Positions 26,961 through 37,800 of a stretch of DNA of 64,000 nucleotides are shown here, piece after piece (positions within the stretch are counted from its first letter, which is position 1; every line of letters begins with the position of its first letter). Made by a program: the position numbers and the translations under genes. Under the pieces are notes generated by a model, which searched no databases, was not told the origin of the DNA, and saw nothing but the letters and a program-made list of their open reading frames with translations. This stretch comes from Isurus oxyrinchus (taxonomy: Eukaryota). Where the stretch lies: assembly GCA_026770705.1 (NCBI GenBank), contig JANJGN010000021.1, positions 80,848,001-80,912,000 of the forward strand, given 5' to 3'.

Positions 26961-27969
26961 ATGGCAGCTCATGCCCTAGACCGTGATGTTCCAAAGCAGA
27001 CCTGAGACATCAACGGAGACCTCTCACCTTCTGTGAGCTGCTTCACAACAGACCCATGTCCAGTGTCCAATCAGCATGCAATGCACATGTTCCTCCAGAG
27101 TCTGGTAGCTGTAGGGCTCCAGAATCAGTTTCTCCTTGGATGTCCACGATCTGATTAGTGGGATGCAAATCATGTTCACGCTGGTCTCCAGTGGGATTCG
27201 CAATCCAACGGATCATCCCATTGAGATTTTACATTGATTTCTGCCCATCACTCCGAATTTTACCCCTCCACTCCCCCGGCCAGCCATGGCGCCCACCAGC
27301 AACGGGACCGGACAATTCCGTACTATATTTTTATGAAATGTATATAACAGCATAGCTAATTTATAAAATCTTTTTAAAAACTAGGCAAAGGCTTTAAAAT
27401 GACTGAAGGCATGACCAGCTTGACTCAAACAAAATGAACTTCCTGGCATTCAGGGCAGTGGATGCCTCATTATCTCTAACAAAACATTAATGACCCCTGT
27501 GATTGCAGAGAACAAATTCCAAGAGAATTGAACAAAGGCCATTTACACTTCTTGGACCAGTCTTGGCCAACAGAGATGACCAGTCTGTTAGGATAAAGGA
27601 TCCTGAAACCTCTTTTGAAATCCTTAATGGTTAAAACCTTTCCAATCTCAAGAATCCAGACTAAGCATATACATCCTTTCTCCAAGCCACAGTGGAGGGG
27701 TGGTGGAATCTGTAATGTTGCTTTGTGGAGCTGCAAAGTAGACACCATTTTCTATCTAGCAAGAGCAGCTCAGAAAAGGAGCTCTGTCCTGGTTTGAATA
27801 CCTGGCTCCCCGCCCACACTGTTTCTACTGGAACTTCTGAACTTCTGCACCAGCAAGACTAATTCATATCTCTGTATATAGTTTTATCTACAAATCAAGA
27901 ACCCAGGTTATTATTTCACCAATCCTTGTTGTATGATTGGTGTGTTTACATGAATAGAAGATAGTAACT

Positions 27970-28010
27970 TGGTGGCGGCAATGGGATTCAAACCCACGCC
28001 TCCGCAGAGA
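27970..28010 (-). pseudogene. 3' half of tRNA-Leu including CCA (retroposed fragment or extended primer-binding site)
   Basis: The minus strand reads TCTCTGCGGAGGCGTGGGTTTGAATCCCATTGCCGCCA-CCA. This matches the variable arm, T-arm and acceptor of vertebrate tRNA-Leu(AAG/TAG) plus the post-transcriptional CCA. There is no 5' half. Confidence 0.75.
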
Positions 28011-28309
28011 AAGGAATCCATTACTGCTGTTGACCTTCTGTTCAGGAGGTTGGGGTCAATTGGACACTGGACATTAGGCTGGGGAAGAAGAGTCCCACCA
28101 GTGACAGCTCCTAATAACTAGAAGGCTGAAAAGTCCCCTTACCTAATAAATATTCTTCTTGAAGACTGCAATTCTTTTTTGTGCCAAAATCACTGTTTCG
28201 TGGGTGGATCTTCAATAACCCAGGAACAGACCAACAACTCCACCATCACAGTTGAGCAACAACGTGAGGTACCGCAACTCAGGGAACTAAACTAAATTCT
28301 GAACAAAGG

Positions 28310-28855
28310 AACATAGGACTTTGGAGCAGAAGTAGGCTATTCGGCCCTTCAAGTCAACTTGGCAATTCAATAAGATCATGGTTGGTTTGGTTGTGGTCTC
28401 AACTCCACTCTCCTGTCTGATCCTCATAAGCCTTGACTCCTTTGTCTATCAAAAATCTATCTCACCCTTGAATAAATTCAATGACCCAGCCTGCACTGCT
28501 TCTTGGGGAAGACAATTCCACAGATTAATGACACTCTGAGAGAAAAGAATTCTCCTAGCCTTTTTCTTAAAAAGAACTCTTATTTTTAAACTTTGACGCC
28601 TAGTTCTAGTTTCCCACAAGAGGAAACAAGCTTCCAGTATCCATCCTGTCATGTCCCCTCAGGATCTTATATGTTTCAATAAGATCATCTCTCATGATCC
28701 AATGGATTCAACTCCAGTGGATACAGGCCCAACCTGTCCAACCTTTCCACATAAGATAACTCCTCCATCACAGGAATGGAGTTCAGTGAACCTTCTCTGA
28801 ACTGCTTCCAACACAATTATATTCTTTTTCAAATAAGGAGACCAAAACTGTACAT
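28310..28855 (-). mobile_element. CR1 3' fragment
   Basis: RILFSQSVINLWNCLPQEAVQAGSL plus a CR1 3' UTR and tail. Confidence 0.8.
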
Positions 28856-29349
28856 AAGCTGTTAAAAAATATGAATAGCTGTCCCTGTTCCAGATAGCTG
28901 TAACTGTTCCAGATAGCTGTAATTATCCTGCAAAAAGCCACAGGATGACCACAATATTTCCAACACTCAATTGGAAGGCAGCAGATCGCCTATCTGAGTT
29001 CACTTTGTTCTGACAATGCACAGAGCTGTGTTTTCTGCACCTCAATATCTCAGAACCAGACAAGCCATAAAAATTAAAACTGCTATAGGCAATGAAAGCC
29101 TCCACAGACTTAACACTTCAGGTCTGTCGGCAATAACCTTAAAATTCTAAAACAAAATATGGTCAATACTCAAAGATCAATTACAAGTGAAGCTCAACTT
29201 CTGAATACACCGCAACAACTGAAAGAGACCATTGATTAATTCATAAGTAGATGCAGAGACAAGGGATGTGATTGCAACTTTATGACAACAGAGCTAGCTG
29301 GCAAAGCAATCAAACTGATGACATCAGCCCCAACAGAAGCATTCCAAAA

Positions 29350-30350
29350 ATCACAGAATCACAGTGCAGAAGAGGCCCTTTGGCCCATCGAGTTTGCACC
29401 GTCTTCTTGGACAACTTCCATCACCTGTGCTGATGATCAAGAGTAGACTGATAGGGTGGAATTGGTTGGATTGGATTTTTGCAGCTTTTCTTCAACAGGT
29501 CATACGTGGAAATGTTTTCACACTGCCAGTAGATGCCACTGTTTTAGCTGTAGTGGAATAGCTTGGCTAGGGGTGCTGCTCATTCAGAATAGGTCAGGTA
29601 GAATAGGGTAGATACCAGTGTTGGACTATAATGGAGAGGCTGATACTGGATCACAGGCTGGGTGTTGTGGGGTAGATGCCAGTGTGGAATTTACTGGAGA
29701 ATTAGAGAACGATTACAGCACAGAAATAGGCCATTCAGCCTGTTCCATGTGTACTGGCTCTCCCATGGCAGCTCTCTACAAGCACAACACGGTGGCTGGA
29801 CATTTCTAGCACCCTGCCATAGCAAGGCCAGCGAGCCATTAAAATCTTAATTCACATCGGCAGGACCAGAAGATCCTACCAGTGTGAGAGGCTGGAAAAT
29901 TCCGGCCAGTGAGTCCCATTGCCCTTCCTTTCCCCAGAGCTCTGCAATTTGCTTCGCTTCTGGTTAACTACCCAGTTCCCTTTTGAAAGGGATTATTGAA
30001 CCTGCCTTCACCAGACTCTCAAGCAGTGCATTTTAGATCCTGATCACTTGCTGTATAAAAGCATTTTTCCTCATGTTGCTTTTGGCTCTTTTGCCAATCA
30101 CCTTAAATCAACATCCTTTGGTTCTTGATCCTTCCACCAATAGGAACAGTTTCTCTCTATCTATGCTATCCAGATCCCTCATGATTTTGAATACCTCTAT
30201 CAAATCTCCCCTCAATCTTCTCTTCTCTAATCTATCTACATGACTGAAGCTCCTCATCCTGGAACCATTTTTGTAAATATTTTCTGCACTATCTCTAAAG
30301 CCTTCACATCATTCCTAAAATGTGGCACCCAGAATTGGACATAATACTTC
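29350..30350 (-). mobile_element. Mosaic of decayed CR1 and family B fragments
   Basis: CR1 tail (ATCACAGAATCACAG) at 29350, a family B RT piece at 29400-29585 and a CR1 3' region at 29710-30350 (VQFWVPHFRNDVKALE). Confidence 0.65.
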
Positions 30351-30554
30351 AGTTGTGATTGGCTGTGGCTCTATTTATAAAACCTGTAAGTCTCTCTAAT
30401 CACTTTCTCAACTATTGAACTTTATTGGAGCAGTTGGTTCCGCGTCAAAGGCTGGGTATTGGGCTGTACTGGAGGAGCTGGTTGTTGTTAACCCTCTGAT
30501 TGTTAATAATTAATCCCTCTGATTAGTTCCCCCCTTCTGTGTCTGAAACTGAAG

Positions 30555-30912
30555 GTGGTTGATGAGAAGAAGGGAGCCAAGAAAGCCTTAAAGAAACCGT
30601 CAGCAAAGGGCGGCAAGAAGCGGTGAAGGTCGAGGCAGGAGAGTTACTCCATCTACATCTACAAAGTGATGAAGCAGGTTCACCCTGACACCGGTATCTC
30701 CTCCAAGGCCGTGAGCATCATGAATTCACTGGTGAATAATATTTTCGAACACATCACGGGTGAGGCTTCCCGCCTGGCCCATTCCAACAAGCGCAGCACC
30801 ATCAGCTCCTGGGAGATCCAGACCGCAGTGCGCCTACTGCTGCCCGGGGAACTGGCCAAGCACCGTGTCGGAAGGGATGAAGGTGGTGAGCAAGTACACC
30901 AGCTCCAAGCAA
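30555..30912 (+). pseudogene. H2B: Histone H2B pseudogene
   Basis: [115 protein letters not shown] is replaced by GTG, there is an in-frame TGA at 30624, a 2-bp deletion at ~30864, a lost stop and no 3' stem-loop. Confidence 0.93.
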
Positions 30913-31018
30913 AACTCCAGATGTCACTTCCTGTGGTGAAGACATTAGGGTCTCTCTGACACTCACTACCTTATCCCCAACACACACGTGGGAAGTTTAA
31001 ATAAACCGCCCGATTCCG

Positions 31019-31062
31019 CCTGACAACAGATGACGATTAGTTGTATCTGTCTCCGATTGGTT
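31019..31062 (+). promoter_or_regulatory. Distal MHC class II X1/X2/Y module
   Basis: CCTGACAACAGATG (12/14 to HLA-DRA X1 CCTAGCAACAGATG), overlapping TGACG (X2/CRE half-site), then CCGATTGGTT (Y) 20 bp after X1. Confidence 0.75.
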
Positions 31063-31095
31063 TAATTATTCAATGAAGAAACAGCTTGTCGGTAC

Positions 31096-31310
31096 CAAAA
31101 ACAGAATTACCTGGAAAAACTCAGCAGGTCTGGCAGCATCGGCGGAGAAGAGTTGACGTTTCGAGTCCTCATGACCCTTCAGCAGAACTGGGTGAATCTT
31201 AGGAAAGGGGTGAAACATAATAAGGGTCATGAGGACTCGAAACGTCAACTATTTTCTTCTCCGCCGATGCTGCCAGACCTGCTGAGTTTTTCCCGGTAAT
31301 TCTGTTTTTG
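31096..31310. mobile_element. Palindromic Penelope-terminus insertion in the promoter
   Basis: Inverted arms at 31096-31179 and 31222-31310, flanked by a near-identical 13-bp direct repeat TTGTCGGTA(C/T)CAA (31086-31098 and 31330-31342). Confidence 0.85.
31151..31189 (-). ncRNA. Minimal type I hammerhead ribozyme-like motif (Penelope terminal repeat)
   Basis: The minus strand reads AGTT-CTGCTGA-A-GGGTC-ATGAG-GACTC-GAAAC-GTC-AACT: stem I, a variant CUGANGA core, stem II, GAAA, a palindromic ACGT stem III and a GUC site. Confidence 0.6.
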
Positions 31311-31404
31311 TGTTGTGAAACATAATATATTGTCGGTATCAACTCCGAATGGTCCATTGCTTCCGCAGACTGAATCATTTCCTGCTCTGGTTGGTCTATA
31401 TCAA

Positions 31405-31445
31405 CCTGGTAACTGATGACGGTATACATCCTGCTCTGATTGGCC
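31405..31445 (+). promoter_or_regulatory. Proximal MHC class II X1/X2/Y module
   Basis: CCTGGTAACTGATG (X1-like), TGACGGTA (X2-like) and CTGATTGGCC (perfect Y box) 17 bp after X1; ~300 bp upstream of the ATG. Confidence 0.7.
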
Positions 31446-31744
31446 TGTTACTTAATGTCCGCTATCCCGCTTCTGATTGGTTGTCCTTTGCCAGGTCTGA
31501 TTGGTTGCCTTCGTTTCCGGTGTGTAGTTTTCTGTTTTTATTGGTCACTGTTCTCCGGGTCTTCGGCATTGATTGGACCCTTTTTCTTACTCTTTATTCG
31601 TCAGCATCGGTAGTGTCATGAATGCCAGTCTCCCTGCTCCATTTTGATTGGTCATTACTACCGTGGTCCTGATTGGTCAGTCTCTCTGTTTAATAGCTCC
31701 TGGTTCAGTTCCGATGTTATTTTTATTGAATTGGTTATTTGAGA

Positions 31745-31847
31745 ATGTCTATATCTGGAGCCGCTGATTCCCGCTCCCTCTGGATCCGGATCTCCCTCAT
31801 CGTCTGGAGCCTGATCATCTTCAATGGAGAGAGGGAGAGCGGAGCCG
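31745..31847 (+). CDS. MHC IIB exon 1 (leader peptide)
   Basis: MSISGAADSRSLWIRISLIVWSLIIFNGERESGA; hydrophobic core; donor G|GTAAGG; phase matches exon 2. Confidence 0.85.
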
Positions 31848-34800
31848 GTAAGGAGCCGAGTTAGAGACCCGAGTTAGAGACCCGGAGTGAGGGGGAGCGG
31901 GGCCGGTAAGGAGTCGAGTTAGACACCCGGAGTGAGGGGGAGCGGGGCCGGTAAGGAGTTGTTAGACACCCGGAGTGAGGGGGAGTGGGGCCGGTAAGGA
32001 GTCGAGTTAGACACCCGGAGTGAGGGGGAGCGGGGCCGGTAAGGAGTCGAGTTAGACACCCGGAGTGAGGGGGAGCGGGGCCGGTAAGGAGTCGAGTTAG
32101 ACACCCGGAGTGAGGGGGAGCGGGGCCGGTAAGGAGTCGAGTTAGACACCCGGAGTGAGGGGGAGCGGGGCCGGTAAGGAGTCGAGTTAGACACCCGGAG
32201 TGAGGGGGAGCGGGGCCGGTAAGGAGTCGAGTTAGACACCCGGAGTGAGGGGGAGTGGGGCCGGTAAGGAGTCGAGTTAGACACCCGGAGTGAGGGGGAG
32301 TGGGGCCGGTAAGGAGTCGAGTTAGACACCCGGAGTGAAGGGAGACCTGGGGAATATTTGAAGTATCGTTTTAGAAAAAAAATATCTCCCTCTGTTTAAC
32401 TTTGGATGCGACTTTCTGTGCTTAAAACAGAGGTCGAAGGTTTTTACTCTTTCTAGGTGAGCTGAAGCTCCAGGTTAACTTATTCTTGCAGTCCAGAGTT
32501 GGTGCTCGTCACTATCAGGTTAAGACATGAGAATTGATTGTTACTTGTGTTCTCTTCAAATACTAAAAGAAACAAGTAGTTAAATTACTACTGATACTAG
32601 AAATACTCCACAGGTCTGGCAGCATCTATGCAGAGAAAGTTATTGATCAATTGCCCTTTTCAAAACTGGCGAAATAGTTTTAAGGTGAGAAAAGCGTGTA
32701 AAGGAGGGTGCGGTAGGTAAACCGAGGACCTGTGATACAGTGGAAGGCAGGAGAGACTAAGTGGCAAAAGATTATTGTGCAAAGCAAAAGCAGGGGGTGG
32801 TAATGGGGCAAGTATGCAAGAAGTGTTAATGAGAATGCAGCATCATTAACCACTGTTTACATCTGTGGATGACAGCTATTGGTATGATGTGAATTTTTGA
32901 ACTCAAATGTTGAGTCAGGCAATAAACTGTAAAGTGTTAAATTGAAAGATGTAATGCTGTTCCTCAAGCCTCACCCATACTCAGACCTTTGCCCCCAGCC
33001 TCTTATACTGCTTTAATATTACTTTCAATTATTGTTACACTAAGTGGATATTGAGTAGTAAGGTGTGTGTGCTCCTTTATTCAGTTATACTCCTGTTGGT
33101 TAATCATTCTGTAATGATTGGCTGTAACAGTCTCAAGAACACTGTACTCCAATGAACAGTCCAGATCTGTGGAAATGGACTGGCACCTTTCCCTCTAGCT
33201 ATTCTACCTGTGAGTATTACTGATCTTAACTACAAATTAGTGGGTATCAGTGCAGCTTTCCCTTCTCCCTCAAGCCCAAGGACACATACTTTAGCACACC
33301 TACAAAAACTGGTTTGGTCATTATCTAATCTGATTAGACCATATAACTGCTATTAGGCCCTGCTTTAGCACTAAGTAGTTCAAAAAATAACATTAGCAAG
33401 TGTCTCCATTAGCCCCTTTCCTTCGGATAAATTCAGGCAAGAAACACTCAGTAAGATTGAGAATATTGATTCGCTCCTGCTCAACCCTATTCTATTCTTT
33501 ATATGCACCTGAACACCACCTCTCCAATTGATCCATAAAATGTAGGAGCAAAAGTAGGCCATTGAGCCCATTGAGCCTGCTATACCATTCAATGAAATCA
33601 TAGCTGATTTTAATTCTTGCTCCACTTTCCTGCCTTGTCCCCATAACCATTGATTCCCTTACTGATTTAAAAATATGGTTTGAATACACTTAATGACCCA
33701 GCTTCGACAGTTGTCTGTGGTAAAGAATTCCAGATTGACTACCCTCGGATGAAATTCCTCCATCTGTTTTAAATGGGTGACCCCTTACTGAGATTAGCCC
33801 TCTGGTCCTAAACACTCCCAAAAGGGGGAAATGACTTCTCAGCATCTACCCTGTAAAGCCCCCTAAGAATCTTGTTTCAATAAGGTTGCCTCTCATTCAT
33901 CTAAACTCCGATGAGTACAGGCCCAACCTACTCAACCTCTCCTCATAATAAAATCCCTCCATACCTGGGATCAACCTAGTGAACATTCTCTGGACTGCCT
34001 CCAATGCCAGTGTTCCTTCTCTTAGATGAGCACTGAAACTGTTAATAATATTGTGTGGTCTAACTAATGTCTTGTATAGTTTTAGCAAGACTTCCCTACT
34101 TTTATACCCCATTCCCTTTGAAATAAAGGCCAGCTCTCCTTTTATTACCTACTGAACTTGTATGCTAGCTTTTTGTGATTCATGCACAAGGACCCCCTAA
34201 ATCCCACTGCTGTAGCTTTCTGCAGCCTTTCTCCTTTTAAATAATATTCAACTCTCCTATTCTTCCTGCTAAAGTGATAGCCTCACAATTTCCACCATCT
34301 GCCACTTTTTACCCACTCAGTTAACCTGTCGATATCCTGTAGACTGTCACCCTCACCACTAGCCTTCCCAGCTATTTTTGTAAAATCCTACTTTTGTATC
34401 TTTCCTACATTGAGCTCACTTTGTCCATGAGATCCATCTCCTGCTCCCTTGACTCCATTCCCCTTAATTGCTGACCACCTGACCTCTTCCTGGCTCCCTA
34501 ATGCTAAATGACATTGTAAAGGTTCCCTTTCTGTCCAACCACTCTTCACCCCTCGAAACAAACTCCTAAACCAACCTCGTTCCTTTCTAGTCCTGAATTA
34601 GTGTTCATCTTTCCCACAGTTTGAATCTGCCCTTGCTGCCACAGCACTAAAACAGGTCTAACAAAAGTTAGATACCTTGTGTCCACTAACCCTGTCTGCA
34701 GCCGTTGACCACGCCATCCTTTAGCACGTGAATGCTGTGCTCACTCCACCTACGGGATCCTAGCTGATTTAGTGTCCCACAGTTGCTTTTCAGTTCCTCA

Positions 34801-37800
34801 TGGATTATTCAGCGTTCACTTTCTCATCTGTAGGGATGGATCACACGGTGTTAAGTGGCTGGGACAGAGGAGTAATTACCCACTCCGCTGTCCTGACCTT
34901 CACTAAAGGTGTTACCCATGTGTCTGCAATGCCGGGTTGGGTGGCGGGAAGACGGGTGAGGACCTGGTTGTATTGGAGATGATGCCCGCTAAATGTGAGA
35001 TTTCTCGGGCAGTGAGGCGCTGGCCGCCCCCCTCCCCCCACAGCCCCGCATTGTCACCGACTGATGGGGCAGGAGGCGGAAAGATTCCCCTTTCCCGGGT
35101 GACTTCAGCCGTTGGGCTGCGTGCAGTTCAATCGGGTGTGTCGGTCAGTAACTCTCTCTCTCTCTCTCTCAGGGGCTCACACCGGTAACTGGATTCACGG
35201 ATGTAAGTTTAACAGCACCAGGACCTGGACCTATATTGATCAGTTTGTCTATGATCACGAGCTGATCTCGTATTTCGACTTTGCCCAGAAGAAGTACATC
35301 GCGGTGAAGGATTGGATGAAGAGTAATGTGGACAGATTGAATCAAGAGAGCGCGGAAGCGACGTACCAGGAAGCGATCGGCATCTGTCAGAATAACATTG
35401 ACATTGATGAGCGCGAAGTGCTGCCCCGGAGAGGTGAGACCCGGGGGGTGGGGGGGGTGGAGGAGGTGAGACTGGGGGGGGGGGGGCGGTGGAGGAGGTG
35501 AGACCCGGAGGGGGGGGGGGGGGGGGGGGGCGGGTGGGTGGAGGAGGTGAGACCCGGGGGGGGGGGGGGGGGCGCGGGTGGGTGGAGGAGGTGAGACCCG
35601 GGGGGGGCGGGGGGGGGGGGGGGGTGGGGGCGGAGGAGGTGAGACCCGGGGGGGCGGGTGGGTGTGGAAATAGACAGCGCCACCCCTGGAGTGCAGCCGC
35701 CACTGCCTCTCCCTCCCGCACTCGGTCCCAGTCACCGGCCACCCCGCTGTGGACAGATGTCCCTGAGCCCAGAGCTGGCCTACAACACCGCCCCCACCCC
35801 CCCCCCCCCCCCCCAGTCCACAACCCTCGGCTCACTGTCTGCAGTGAGGCCTTTACCCAGGGTCAGGGATTACCTGAACACTCGGTAACACTCAACTCTA
35901 CTGGAAACTCGTTTGCTGTAAACTCCAGATATTACACTGGTGCTCTGGCACAGCACTACACTCCTTTCTGATCCACCTGTATGGTGGCTGCCTACAGGAA
36001 GCATTTCACTAACCCTGCCTCTGTCCTGCAGTTCTAATGGTAGCAGTGTTTAGTAAATGTTTAAAAACCATGTAATAGCAGTCTGAGTTGCACCCCACAT
36101 GCATTGGCCAGATGGCTCCAGCCAGGCAACTGCTGATGAGCAGAAGGTTTGTCCTGCTCCTGTGCACAGGCCTCATTATAGGTTTGAACCTTGAGGGTGA
36201 TTGCTAAGTGTTACAAAGTCCCCTTGGTAACCCAGTAAACCTGTGAACAATATCCTAGATTAGTGATACTGACGTGTTTTTGGTTATCATGGGATTGCAT
36301 CATTGGGGTATTGTCCTTGTTTCTCTTTCAATCTCTATCATGAATGGCAGTTTTATATCCAATAGCTCCCTCCATATAGGATGGAGTTTGGGGATTCCTT
36401 GCCTCTAAACTGGCAGGTACAGCTACATCAGGAATGCTCAGTGAACCCACTTATACCCATAAGCTACATGCATAATCCATGGTAAACTTGACAGGCTAAA
36501 CAGTCACAAGTGCCTTGAAGTTCTGGCAAGGTGTGAGGTCTCATTCATGAACTGATGTCCATTTGGTCTCCTTACCCCAGTGAGAATTCCTTCAAGGTGC
36601 AGGTTGTAAGTTCTGGTGGGGACAGCTTCAGTATAGGTACCCTGGAAGCTGCCTCATACATTTATTCTTCTGTAGTCTAATTATTTCCAATGCCATCAAC
36701 CCCCAGAGGGATAGATCCCAGATGACCAGGGATACTCAGGACTGTGGTTCATGTTGAGTGTAAACCTCAACTGGGGCAGAAAGGAAATCGAGGCCTGTGG
36801 GACAAAAGATACAAATAACATCTATTGTTAGAACCAGACCCTGGGTGAGATCCCCAATTGTTAATTCCTCAAACTGGGCCCAATTTTCTCCCCAGGTGAG
36901 GAGGAATGAGCTGGGTCCCTGTTATTCTACCAACTTGGTCACAACAAGATTAATTTAAAAGGATCCTTTTCCTAGTTTAAATGTATTTTATTTTATAAGG
37001 AACCAATTTAACCAGGCTTTCTTGAATCTGTTTTGGTTACTAAAACCCAAGGGAAGTAACTCATACACAATCAGAAATGAGAAATTAAGTGCTCAAATGT
37101 TTTTTTAAAAAATACAAATCAGCCTTTGGCTTGCCTGGGTGTAGATGGCAGTATGTTGTGGCTGTTAAGTTGTAATTCCAGTAGAGCTGATTTTGGTAAT
37201 TTTCCTGTTGATTTGGAGACACTGGGTTCTGCAGGGTTGCTGAAAGGCTGTCCTATTTCCTTTAGTGTGGCCTCTGCTGAGCTTTGCCTCCAGCAACAGG
37301 GGGAACTTTTTGCCTGCAAACTGCAGGGGGTGACCAGCTTGTTCTTGCTGTCACGCCACACTGCTTAACTCTGTATTCTCATGAGGGGAAATGGTCATCT
37401 TACATTCATCCATCTCTGAACTCTTTAACACATTGAGATATAAATCAACAGGCAATTGATTTTTTTGGGTGACTGCTAAACCATGCAAATCAGTCCTGTC
37501 TCCTCAACCACAGAAGAAAAAAATTGAAAAGACTGAACTTTAATATCTCCCTTTCAAGTCCCTGCTTGAAGGCCATCAAACCTTTTTCATGTGTGACATT
37601 CCATGTTCTCTCAGGACAGGCCTGTCAGTATAATCCACAAGAATTTTCCAGTGTGGTCACTTTACATTATCAACCATCTTTAGCTCAGTGTCCTTTTATT
37701 TGTTTAAAAACAAGCATTCCTTAAAAGCTTCAATATTCCCATAAGTAACTTGTGGCTAATTGGCTTTTTATGACAGTATAACAGGTAAATATTCTCCTGG

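Noticed and set aside
26188-26986. Pro-rich ORFs (extensin- or formin-like)
   Set aside because: Low-complexity C-rich DNA with no domain or splice support.
28885-28922. 19-bp exact tandem duplication CTGTTCCAGATAGCTGTAA
   Set aside because: An ordinary slippage duplication with no associated feature.
30666-30959. Functional H2B variant with a novel C-terminus
   Set aside because: An upstream in-frame stop, a lost ATG, a frameshift and CpG-decay substitutions at invariant residues indicate a pseudogene.
30985-31404. S (W/Z) box upstream of either X box
   Set aside because: No convincing GGACCT-like motif at the expected distance.
31826-32343. CRISPR array, or a repeat protein (ORF 31919..32329, SNSTPYRPRSPSLRV)n
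   Set aside because: The units are contiguous with no unique spacers, there are no cas genes and the context is eukaryotic. The ORF is a by-product of a 45-bp unit being a multiple of 3.
35169-35971. Pro-rich and Gly-rich ORFs on both strands
   Set aside because: They are translations of poly-G/poly-C repeats and of the antisense strand of exon 2.
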